From assembly GCA_024679065.1 (NCBI GenBank), contig JAGIQG010000040.1, positions 6,262,001 to 6,326,000 on the forward strand: a DNA stretch of 64,000 nt, given 5' to 3'. The DNA is from Sphyrna mokarran. Its lineage: Eukaryota. The notes below the pieces were generated by a model. That model did not search any database and was not told where the DNA came from. It was given only the letters and a program-made list of their open reading frames with translations. Shown piece by piece: positions 23,095-35,010 of the stretch. A program made the translations under genes and the position numbers. Every line of letters starts with the position of its first letter. The first letter of the stretch is position 1.

Positions 23095-23272
23095 GCTTCT
23101 GTCCAGTTCATCGTTCTGAACACAGATTCAAATGATTATTTTTCTTCACGTTTGACGTCATGGATTGGAGAACAAAGACACTCTGAGATGATTGGATGAA
23201 ATGTGGACCTCTGAGCTGATTGTGTCACCTGCTGACTCTAACAGAAATGAACCAATCGCTAGTGAGGCCGAC
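23095..23272 (+). promoter_or_regulatory. Orphan family IV V promoter
   Basis: Reverse-complement homologue of 1677-1858; perfect CRE TGACGTCA 23153-23160, several ATTGG/CCAAT boxes; no leader follows. Confidence 0.7.
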
Positions 23273-23277
23273 CCTCC

Positions 23278-23547
23278 AACAGCTGTAAATAAGGGGGATA
23301 GTATAGGACGATATCAGAGGTGGTTTTACCCAAAGGGTGGTTCGGGAGGTGGAATGCCATGCCGAGCAGTTGTAGATGCGCCAAGTTGGTGGCGCGGGGG
23401 GATTTAAGAGGTTAGTGATAGTAATATGGAAGAGAAGGGAATGGTTTAGTCTGGAGGGGCATTGCTTTTTATATTGGTCGGGCGCAACATCGAAGGCGAA
23501 GCGGCCGGTCTGTGCTGTAATGTATCTATGTACACTATGTTATCTAT
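23278..23547 (+). mobile_element. 3' end of the young CR1 LINE family, indel-rich copy
   Basis: Aligns to ~6015-6287 with many 1-3 nt indels. Confidence 0.85.
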
Positions 23548-26500
23548 AACCTATTTCTAATCCAAACCCTAAACCAATCACTAACCCTGAACCCTAAACC
23601 TCTAAACCTACTCCTAACCCATAAACATAACCCTGAACCCTAAGCCAACCCAAAGCTTAACCTCTACCCACACCGTATCCCAAACCATAAACCTAACCTT
23701 AACACATAATCCTAACCCTAATCATAAACCCAAACCCTAACTCTAACTCCTAAACCTAACTTTAACCCTATCCTTAACCCGAACCCTAATCTAACCCTAA
23801 CCCTAGCACTAATGCTAACCCTAACGCCAACACCAACTTCTAAACCCAACACCAACACTAGCCCTAACCCCTAACCCTAACCCTAACCTTAACCCTAATC
23901 CTAACCTTAACTCTAACCCGAATTAACCCTAACCCAAATCCTAGCCCTAACCCTAACACTATTCAGAACCCAAACACCTAACTCTAACCCCAACCATAAG
24001 CCTAAGCCTTACCCAACCCTAACTCTAATGCAGAGTAAACCTAACCCAACCCCTCATCATAACCCTAATCCACACCGAACCCTAACCTGAACCCTAACCC
24101 TAACCTGAACCCTAATGCAGAGTAACCCAAACCCTAACCATAACCCTAACCCTAACCCCTAATCCTAAAGATAACCTTAATCCTAATCCCTAACCCGAAC
24201 CTTAACTCTATCTGGAACCCTAACACCTAACTCTAATCCTAACCCAAAGCCTAAACATAATCCTAACCCTAACAGAACACCTAACCCAAACCCTAACCCT
24301 AAGCTTAACACTAACCCTAATCCTAGCCCTGTCCCAGGGCCTGTGCCCTGGCACCAACCCTAACCCTAAACACTAGCCCTAACCATAACCCAAACCATAA
24401 CCCAAACCCCTAATCGCAAATCCCTAATCCTAAACCCTAATCCTAACCCTAACCACTAACCCAAAACCCTTATCCTGAACCCTAACACTAACCTTAACCC
24501 TAACTCCTAACCGCTAACCTTTAACCCTGTCCTTAACGCCTACTACTAACCCTAACCCATAACCACAAACCTCCAACCCAAACCCCAACCCCTAACCCTA
24601 AGCTAATCCTAACCCTAACCATGAACCCAAAACCCTTATCCTAAGCCTTAATCCTAATCTTTGACCCTAATGCCTAAACATAACCCCTAACCCTAATCCA
24701 TTACCACAAACCTCTAACCCTAACCCAAACCCCTAACCCTAACACTAACCCTAATCCCTGACCCTAATGTCTAACCACAACCCCTAACCCTAACTCTTAA
24801 CTGCTAACCTCTAACCCCTACTAATAACTCTAACCCATAACCACAAACCTCTAACCCTAACCCATACCCCTAACCCTAACCCAACTGTAACTCTAACCAA
24901 AACCCTAACCATAAGCCTCACACTAACCCTAACCTTAACCCTAATCCTAATCCTGTCCCTAACCCTAACCCCACAACTAATCCTAACACTAATTCTAACC
25001 CTATTCCCTAACCCTAACCCTAACTCTAACCCTAATCCCGAAATCTAACCCTAATCCTAACCTTAATCCTAATCCTAATGACCCTAACCCTAATGACTCT
25101 AACCCTCACCTTCACACTCAACCTAACCTTAATTTTTACCCCAACCCTAACCCCAAACTCTGACCATAACTCAAAACCCAAAATTTAAATCGAATCCTAT
25201 TCCTAACCCTAAGACATAATCCTAAACATAACCCTAAATTTAACCATAACCTTGTCCTAACACTTAGCCTAAAGCTAACCTTAATTCTAACAATAACCCA
25301 AATCCTAACCATAACCCAAAACCTAATTCTAACTCCTAACTTTAAACCTAACCCTTAACCCTAAATGTAACCCTAATCATAACTGTAACCCTAGACCTTA
25401 GACACTAACTACAACCCTAACCATAACCCTAACCCTAGACCTGAACCTAAACCATTATTAACCCAAGACCCTAACCCTTACCCTAATCCTAACACTAACT
25501 GTAATCCCTAACTCCTAACCCCTAACCCTAACTGTAATCTTAACCTTAGTGCTAACTCTAGCCCCAATCCCTAACTCTAACCATAAAGCTAACACCTAAC
25601 CCTAATCCTAAACCTAAACCCTAACAACTAACCTTATCCCTAACCCAAAACCCTAACCCCAACCCTAATCCCCTAAACCTATCCCTAACTCTAAACCTAA
25701 CCCTATTACTATTCCTAACCCTAACTGTAACCTTAACTCTAATTTTAATGACACTAACCCAAATTACTCTAACCCTAATCCTCATCTTCTCACTTATGCT
25801 CACCCTAACCCTAACCCTTTGCCTAACCTAACCCCTGACCTTAACCATAATCCAAAACCCAAACCTTAAACCGAACCCTATCCCTAACCTTAGCCCAAAC
25901 TCCAAACCCAAACTCAACCCTAACCATAACCCTAACCCTAGACCTGAACCTAAACCATTATTAACCCAAGACCCTAACCCTTACCCTAATCCTAACACTA
26001 ACTGTAATCCCTAACTCCTAACCCCTAACCCTAACTGTAATCTTAACCTTAGTGCTAACTCTAGCCCCAATCCCTAACTCTAACCATAAAGCTAACACCT
26101 AACCCTAATCCTAAACCTAAACCCTAACAACTAACCTTATCCCTAACCCAAAACCCTAACCCCAACCCTAATCCCCTAAACCTATCCCTAACTCTAAACC
26201 TAACCCTATTACTATTCCTAACCCTAACTGTAACCTTAACTCTAATTTTAATGACACTAACCCAAATTACTCTAACCCTAATCCTCATCTTCTCACTTAT
26301 GCTCACCCTAACCCTAACCCTTTGCCTAACCTAACCCCTGACCTTAACCATAATCCAAAACCCAAACCTTAAACCGAACCCTATCCCTAACCTTAGCCCA
26401 AACTCCAAACCCAAACTCAACCCTAACCACTAACCCTAACCTAACCCAAAACCCTAACCCTAATTTAACTCTAATCCTTGCCCTAACACTTAGCCTAATC

Positions 26501-26773
26501 CTAATCCTAACCCTAATTCTAACAATAACCCAAACCCTAACTGTAACCAAAAACCTAACCCTAACCCCAACTGTAAACCTAACCCTAAACCTAACCCCTA
26601 ACACTAACTCTAACCTGTAACATGAACCCTAAATCTAACCCTAACCATAACCGTAACCCTACACACTAGACCCTAACCCTAAGACTAGTCCTAATCCTAG
26701 ACCCTAAACCCTAGCCACTAATCCATAAATCTAACCCTAACCCCTAATCCTAACCTCTAACCCTAACCCTAAT
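23548..26773 (+). repeat. Degenerate telomere-like (TAACCC)n array, ~3.2 kb
   Basis: Continuous CCCTAA hexamers and variants (TAATCC, TAACTC, TAAACC); TTAGGG on the minus strand. Confidence 0.93.
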
Positions 26774-27915
26774 CAAAATCACTTCTGGGTCCATTGACTG
26801 CCAGACAGATGAAAGGTTTAGACTCTTGTTATCCATTTGTTTCAATGGGTTTCTGTAGAGACAAATTCAATGTCTTAATACATTATTGTAAATCTCCCAA
26901 TGTAGTGGTCACAGCCAATGGATTAATATTGTTGTTTCTTGAAAGTAATAGGAGAAAACAACATCATCAGATCATAAGAAATAGCAGCAGGAGTGGACCA
27001 AATGGATCCCAATAACCTGCTGCTCCAACCATTCAATACAATTAGCAGGATCTCCTTCCTCCACTTCCCAGCTCATTTCCCAATATCCATTGGCTCTCTA
27101 AAAATCCAGGAAAGCATCTTTGTTAGCTTTGGACTTATTCACGAGTGGATAAGTGACCAGGACAACATGATACAGGAAGCCCTTTAGCAGTTAAGAGGAA
27201 TGTAGTGCTAGCAGGGGGCCATAGAGTCAGGGGATAGACACGGTTTGATTTGAATTTGATTTCTTTTGATTTATTAATGTCACAGGTATTGTGATTCAGT
27301 GTCTGGAATTTTGCCAGCCTAGACACCGAAAAGGCACCCAGAAGTCATGTAGGAACTGGGGCAGCCATTGAGCCACTCCCATCGCTGCTGGGGGTGGAGG
27401 GGAGGGAGCTGTAAGCCTCTGTGCAAGCATTTTCTTGAAAACAACAACTTGTGTAATGAAGTCTGAGCATGCATCATTACACATCTGTTATCTAGATTGT
27501 TACAAGTAGGCTTACATTAATACTGCAATGAAATTACTATGAAAATTCTCTGGTTGCCAGGCTCTGGTGCCTGCTCGGGTACACTGAGGGAGAATTTATC
27601 ATAGCCTTTGCAAACAATAATAAAGAAAGAAAGAGCAGCAAGAAAATTTTTGCTGCTTGATTGAGAGTTGGTATCTAAATCACTTTACTCCTTTTATCAG
27701 AAAAAAAACTTTATTAACCAGCACAATTGAACTTCCACTCTAATTAATGAAGCTGCTTAAATGTTACCCATTTAAAAGTAACAGCTCTGATTGCTAACTT
27801 ATCATTATTTCAGTTCCAAATAAGCAACACTCTTATTATTGTGTCAAGAACAACTTTAAATATAGTTAGCAACCCTAAGTATAATTAACCCTAAGTATAA
27901 TTAACCCTAAGTTAA

Positions 27916-28043
27916 TTGATAAGTATATGGAAGAGAAGGGAATGGTTTAGTTTGGAGGGGCATTGCTTTTTATTTTGGTCGGCACAACATCGAAGGCCGA
28001 AGGGCCTGTTCTGTGCTGTAATGTTCTATGTTCTATGTTCTAT
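27916..28043 (+). mobile_element. Severely 5'-truncated young CR1 LINE tail
   Basis: Near-identical to 6152-6285. Confidence 0.9.
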
Positions 28044-30465
28044 AGTTACTATCAGTCTCAAAGTTTTCAAAGAGTGATTTTAAGTCACACAAATCTTTCA
28101 GTCCACTGTCTATAAATAAACCCCAGCCAGAACTGAAAGCTGTTTCTTTTTCCTTTGCTGGCTGCTTCAATTAACCACATTATCACATGATCCTCTCAAT
28201 CCTTCCATTCCTTTAATGTAAACCGTAGGAACCTTGTATCTTTTTAAACAAATGTCTGTTACATCTTTCCTAAGTAAAATGGCTAAAAGGAATAATTATC
28301 CTTCTCTCCCAGCATACGAACTGTAATACTTCAAGTCATACTGACTATCTACAGTAAGGAACTGAACTTTAAAACAGCCCCCTTAACATAGAAAAACAAC
28401 ATATATGTATATATTTATAGGCATGTTACACTATCATCACACACGCTGTCCAGACATAATTGTTACAGTTATTATTTTGTTCCCAATGGGTCAGGAGCTC
28501 CCTGAAATAGCTCTGCTGTGTCTATCCCCCTGAGGGATGTTGTAAAGCAGAGGTGGATGCTCCCTCTGTGAACTAACACTGAAACACCCACACAGGAGTA
28601 CCTTACCCTATAATATGTAAGAAGTGTGTGTGAAGTGGTGTGACCTGCTCTTCAGCAACTTCTCATGGTTAAATCTAAATCAATCCCTGACACTCTCTTT
28701 AAAATCAACACAGAACAATTTACTTATGAACTAACAGTGATCAAATTAACTAAACTATTAACTATTCCCAAATAAACAAGATTCTAATGGTTTGCTATTC
28801 AGATAAATGAAATTCCCACTCTTTAACAAAATAGAATTGAATCACTCTCAAAATTACAACACAGTTTGGCATTTTCTGGAGTATTCTTGGCTCCCTCTGT
28901 TGATTTTTCTGTCTATAACTTTATTGTTCTTTGATATCTTTGCTACCTCAATGGTAGTAGCAAAGAAAAACTTGGAAGGCTCATGGATGAGAGGGGTGTG
29001 GAGGGATATCTTTTAAGTGCAGGTCAGTGGGAGTAGGCAAAAAGTGGTTTGGCACAGACAAGAAGGGCCAAAAGACCTGTTTCTGAGCTGTAATTTTCTA
29101 TGATTTCTATGGTGCTTCTCTAAGACATAAATGAAGGTAAAAGTGCAAACAATTCTATCTTTGGAGAAAGGGAGAGGAACAGAGAGAGAGACAGAGAGAG
29201 AGTCAGAGCTGAGCAGAGAGTTGTTAACTCTGGCAAGTGGCAGTTGCTCTCTCTTCTTTGTCCCACTGCTCCTACTTTTACACCCATGATGACAGATCAA
29301 TATTTCCCACAATAGGATTGATCCTAGATTGTCAAAACCAACAGATTTAAATTTAATAGGTTGTGTTTTATCTAAGTGTCCAATTCAAATTGATTGGCTG
29401 AATTCAAAAACCTGTTGTCTTGGTAACTATGCTGCTTGGCCTTTCTATACAAATATTTCAGTTTGCATTTTTAAAAAGTCACTAAATACAGACAAGGTGC
29501 CATCTTTAATGGGACCATGGGACAATGCATTGCTTCTCCCCGCCACCCCCCCCTTCACCATGTTCCCCCCCACTTCCCTGAGAATTTTACAATTCATTTA
29601 CAATTTCACAAACATCAAATTCTAATTTTACAACACTGGAAAGGCCAGGCCTCCCATTTCTCAGCACCCACCTGCCCCTTCCCAGCAGCAATCACCCTTA
29701 TACAGCACCAGTTTCACACGTGTTGGCTTCCTGGCCACTTCTGAGCTCATTGACTGCCTCAATAGGTGAAAACTTCAGCCCATTGTTATTGCTTGCTTCA
29801 ATGTTCCTGCACTGAGAGATTTAACACAATGAGTGTTTATTGCAAATTATTGTAAATCTCACAGCTGACTCAATAGTATTGTTATTTCTTGAAAGTAATA
29901 GGAGAATATGACAACATAACTTCATAAGAAGTTGGAGCAGGAATGGACGATATGGAGCCTGCTGCTCCACCATTCAATACAATCAGCATGACCTCCTTTC
30001 TCTACTCTACTTCCCATCTCATTCCCCAGTATCCATTGACTCTCTAAAAATCCAGAGATCCACCATCGTCAGCCTTGGATTTATTCAATAATGGATAATT
30101 GATCAGGACACCATGGGACAAGAAACCATTCAAGCAGTTAAGAGGAATGTAGAGCTAGCAGTGGGCCATAGAGTCAGGGGGTAGACCCAGTTGGATTTGA
30201 TTTTAATTTGATTTGCTTTATTAATGTCACACTCATTGGGATGCAATGGCTGGATCTTAATCAGCCCGCCCATCACAGCAATCAGAGCTGCTGAGGGCCA
30301 CATCCATTGATGCTGGTGGGGATTTTCTGGTTTTGGGACAAACAAGGATGGAAAATACTGCCTGGTGAAAATGAATGCAAAGCGTACAGTGCATAAAGGG
30401 CATAGAGAAGGAGGAAAGAAGAGGGTGCCAAATGTAGTGTTATAATCAGAGCTGGGTGTTAGAGA

Positions 30466-31495
30466 AAGAACAAAGAACAAAACAGCACGGGAAACAGGCC
30501 CTTTGGCCCAACGAGCCCGCGCCACCACCCCAATGTTCCCACTTCTACCCATGATCCCTGTCCATATTTATAGATCTATGGATTAAAAACCAAATTTGAG
30601 ACAATTTAGGGAGAATTTGTTTTGCCAATTAGCCTAAGAGCACATCTTTGGGATGTGGGAGGAAACCGGAGCACCCGGAGAAAACCCACGCAAGCACGGG
30701 GAGAATGCGCAAACTCCCACAGACACAGGCCCAAATCCATGTATCTGCACAGCACAGCGATAGTCACTGAGCTGTCGTGTTGCCCATCAAATGGTCCAGG
30801 TCAAGCGTACACTAACGACGTGAAGCACTAGGATACTCTCGAAAAAATCCAAGAGCAGCCCTCTCACGACCCATCGCGTGTATGCCCCTTGTTAGACAAC
30901 AAGGTGGACCAAAGCACCTGTAGGATAAAAACAAGTACATCAATATCATCATCTATTTACACACTTCCCAGGGACTCCCAAGGCTCATGATCCCTATTTT
31001 AAATCAGTTTTCTATACCCCTCCATTCCCATTCTGTTCATGTGCCCATCTAAGTATTTCTTAAATAACTCCAGAGTACCTGCCTCCACCACTTTACTTGG
31101 CAGCACATTCTATACCCCCACCACCCTCTGTGTGAAAAAACTCCCTCTAGCATCCAAATTATACCTTACCCCCCTCACCCTAAGCCCGTGACCCCTCGTG
31201 CTATTTGAGTCCATCCTAGGAAAAAGCTTAACCCTGTTTACTCTATCTATACCCCTCATAATCTTGTACACTTCTATTAGATCTCCTCTAAGTCTATGTC
31301 TTTCTAAGGAAAACAGTCCCAATTTGCCTAATCTCTCCTCGTAACTCAGACTTCCATACCAGGCAGCATCCTGGTAAACCTCCTCTGCACTCTCTCCAGA
31401 GTCTCCGTGTCCTTCCAGTAGTAAGGCGACCAGAACTGGATGCAGTATTCCAAATGAGGTCTAACCAACGTTTTATACAACGGCAACATTAAAGG
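30466..31495 (-). mobile_element. CR1 LINE with V-SINE-containing 3' UTR, 5'-truncated
   Basis: RT C-terminus, ~550-nt 3' UTR, (TTCTTTG)n tail; near-identical to 37307-38340. Confidence 0.85.
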
Positions 31496-32889
31496 TTTAA
31501 TAGTATTGTTATTTCTTGAAAGTAATAGGAGAATATGACAACATAACTTCATAAGAAGTTGGAGCAGGAGCGGACGATATGGCCCCCATGAAAGATCAAC
31601 TTAATATATGATACATCCATTCAAAAGTCTGATGGAAGCAGGGAAGAAGTTGTTCTTGTGTCCTCAGACTTGTGTATCATTTTCCCAATGGAAGTACATG
31701 GAAGAGAATATGTGTGGAGAATGTGGGGTCCTTAATTACACTGGCTGCTTTTCCAAGGCATTGGGAAGTGTGGACGGAGTCAATGGATAGGAGGTTGTGG
31801 TGTGTGATGGACTGGGCTATGTTCACAACTCTTTATAGTTCCTTGCAATCTTGGTCAGAGCTGCAGCCATACCAAGCTGTGATACATCCGGAAAGGATGC
31901 TTTCTACTGTGCATCTGGAAAAACTGGGGAGAGCTGCAGCGGACATTCCCTCCTGGGAAATTCCTCCCGGGTTTTCCCCAGATCCCCCATTCCCAAACTT
32001 GCCACTAATTTACCCAGTTAAGAACCACACATTGGCAGAGCAAATCCCCTCAGCACCTGAGTAAAATGTGGTGGTTTGCAGTCCATGGCCAGGACTTGAA
32101 GTCAATGATGAAGCTGGTATTCCATTCCAGCACTGAGGGGGGTGTTGCACTCCCACCGGACTGTCTTTCAGTCTTCAATCGAGACCTTCTCTGTCCTCCC
32201 AGACACCGGTTGGGTCTCAGCCGGAGGATAGTGTGCACTTCTCGCTGCCAAACTATGAAGTAACGTCGCCAAAGTTCCAGGAGACCATGGGCTGCTCTGC
32301 ACTTTGAGGTGTAGAGGTGACTGGTGGTGTTTTAACTTGAGGGTCCCTACACCTCAGGCGAGGGGAAAGGCAGGGTCTTCATGGTTAACCTCCGTCGGTC
32401 CGGGAATTGAACCCACACTCGCTCTGCATCACTAATCAATCGGCCAGCCCCTCAGCTAAGTGACTAACACCAGGAGTGGGACTGACAGGCTGTTCAAATC
32501 AATGGATAAATCTTCAGCCTTGGGCGGGACGTGTGTTCACTTCAACTCTCGGTGAAGCTGTACACCGGATATGGAATTGGTCACCCACGGTGATGGATTC
32601 TCCTCTCTGTTGATGGGGAAGGTAATTAGATTTTCAGGCCAGCTCTCTGAGACAGCCGAAAGTTAAAATTAATACCGGGTCCCCACCCCCACCCGCCCAT
32701 CCCCTCAGCAGAAGCTGGATTGCTGCTTTCTCGCACAAACACATTTCTCCTTCCAGGAAAACCTTGTGATTCGGTTCCAAACCAAAACATCCATGTTAAC
32801 TCTGATCAAATCTGCGTATTTTATTCAGTCAAACTATTTTTGTAGTTTATTTATTAGGTCACAAGTAGGTTTACATTTACACTGTCTTG

Positions 32890-34085
32890 AAGCCCTGCCA
32901 TTAGTGACAAACGTTGTCAGAGAATACAGCAGGATACAGATAGGCTGGAAAATTGGGCAGAGAAATGGCAGATGTAATTTAATCCAGATAAATGTGAACT
33001 GATGCATTTTGGTAGATCTAATGTAGAGGGGAGCTATACAATAAATGGCAGAACCATCAGGAGTATAGACACACAGAGGGACCTGGGGGTGCAGGTTCAC
33101 AGATCCTTAAAGGTGGCAATGCAGGTGGAGAAGGTGGTGAAGAAGGTACATGGCATGTTTACCTTTATAGGACGGGGCATAGAGTGTAAAAGTTGGCGAT
33201 GATGTTGCAGCTATATAGAGTGTTGGTTAGGCCACATTTGGAATACTGCATCCAGTTCTGGTCGCCGCACTACCAGAAGAATGTGGAGGTTTTGGAGAGA
33301 GTACAGAAAAGATTTACCAGGATGTTGCCTGGTATGGAGGGTCTTAGCTATGAGGAGAAATTGGATAAACTGGGATTGTTCTCCCTGGAGAGAAGGAGGA
33401 TGAGGGGCGACCTAATAGAGGTGTATAAAATTATGAAGTGCATAGATAGGGTGAACAGTGGGAAGCCTTTTCCCAGGTCAGAGATGACGATCACGAGGGG
33501 TCGCAAGTTCAAGGTGAAGGGGGTGAGGTTTAACACAGATATAAAGAACAAAGATCAAAGAACAACACAGCACAGGAAACAGGCCCTTCGGCCCAACAAG
33601 CCCACACCACCATTTTAACATTCAGTGAGTGTCTCATTCCAATCTTTCTTCTACCTATGACTTGTGTCTATGCCTCTTGAACTCTACAGTAAAGGTGTGC
33701 AAATTTAGAGAATTATGTGTGCCAGATTGAGGGAGGTCTAATTTAGGGACAATTTGTTTAACACCAATCAGCCTAAAAGCACGTTTTTGGGGTGTGGGAG
33801 GAAACAGGAGCACTAGGAGAAAACCCATGCAAGCATGGGGAGAATGTGCAAAACTCCCACAGAGGGATGTATTTTACACAGAGGGTGGTGGGGGCCTGGA
33901 ATGCACTGCTGAGCAGAGTGGTGGAGGCGGACACGCTGGGATCATTTAAGACTTACCTGGATAGCCACATGAGTAGTCTGGGAATGGAGGGATAAAAATG
34001 AAAGGTCTGGTTGGACCAATGAGTAGCGCAGGCTTGGAGGGCCGAAGGGCCTGTTCCTGTGTTGTATTTTTCTTTGCTCTTTGTT
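32890..34085 (+). mobile_element. CR1 LINE fragment interrupted by an opposite-strand insertion (33543-33860)
   Basis: MHFGRSN..LYRVLVRPHLEYCIQFWSP; the LINE resumes at 33861. Confidence 0.85.
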
Positions 34086-34359
34086 TTATTGGTTGTACTC
34101 TCCAGAATTTATCATGGTCAAAGCATGCATGTCCCACAAATGAATCTTAAAAAAAATAGTGTCACTGGTTGGGCAGCCGTTTATTGCCCATCCCTAGTTG
34201 CTGGTGAGAAGGTAGCAGTGAGCTGCCTTTTTGAATGGCTGTAGTCCACATATACATCCCCTCAACGCTCTTGGGGATGGAATTCCAGGATTTTGATCCA
34301 GCAACTGTGAAGAAACGGCTGGAATATTTCCATGTCAGTATGATGAGTGGCTCGGAGGG

Positions 34360-35010
34360 AGAACATAGATCATAGAACACTATAGCACAAAGGCCCTTCA
34401 GCCCACAAGTTGCGCTGAACTCATCCCTACCTACTAAGCCTATATATAATTCCATTAAATCGCATGTACTCATCCAGAAGTCTCTTAAAAGTCCCCAAAC
34501 AGTTTGCCTCCACCATCACCAATGGCAGCTGGTTCCACTCACTCACCACCCTCTGAGTGGAAAAACTTACTCCTGACATCTCTTCTGTACATATTCCCCA
34601 GCTCCTTAAACCTGTGTCCTCTCGTAGTGTCTGAAATGGCTGTCCAGCCTCCAAGAATCCACCCTATCTATACTTCTCAACATTTTATAAATCTCTATCA
34701 GGTCTCCAGGAAGAAAAGACTGCATTCCCTCAACCTATCTTCATAAGACATATCTCCCAATCCTTGTAAATCTCCTCTGAACCCTCTCAATAGTTTCCAC
34801 ATCCTTCCTATAGTGAAGCGACCAGAACTGCACACAGTACTCCAAGTGGGGTCTGACAATGGTCTTATAAAGTTACAGCATTACCTCCTGACTCCTAAAC
34901 TCAATCCCTCGATTAATGAAGGCTAGTACATCATACGCCTTCTTGACCACATCCTCGACCTGTGAGGCCAATTTAAGAGTTCTATGGATCCGGACACCAG
35001 TGTCCTCAAC
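34360..35010 (-). mobile_element. CR1 LINE fragment
   Basis: VVKKAYDVLAFINRGIEFRS, TQRVVSEWN remnants; tail at ~34362. Confidence 0.8.

Noticed and set aside
25621-26604. Arg/Val-rich ORFs
   Set aside because: Translations of (TTAGGG)n variants
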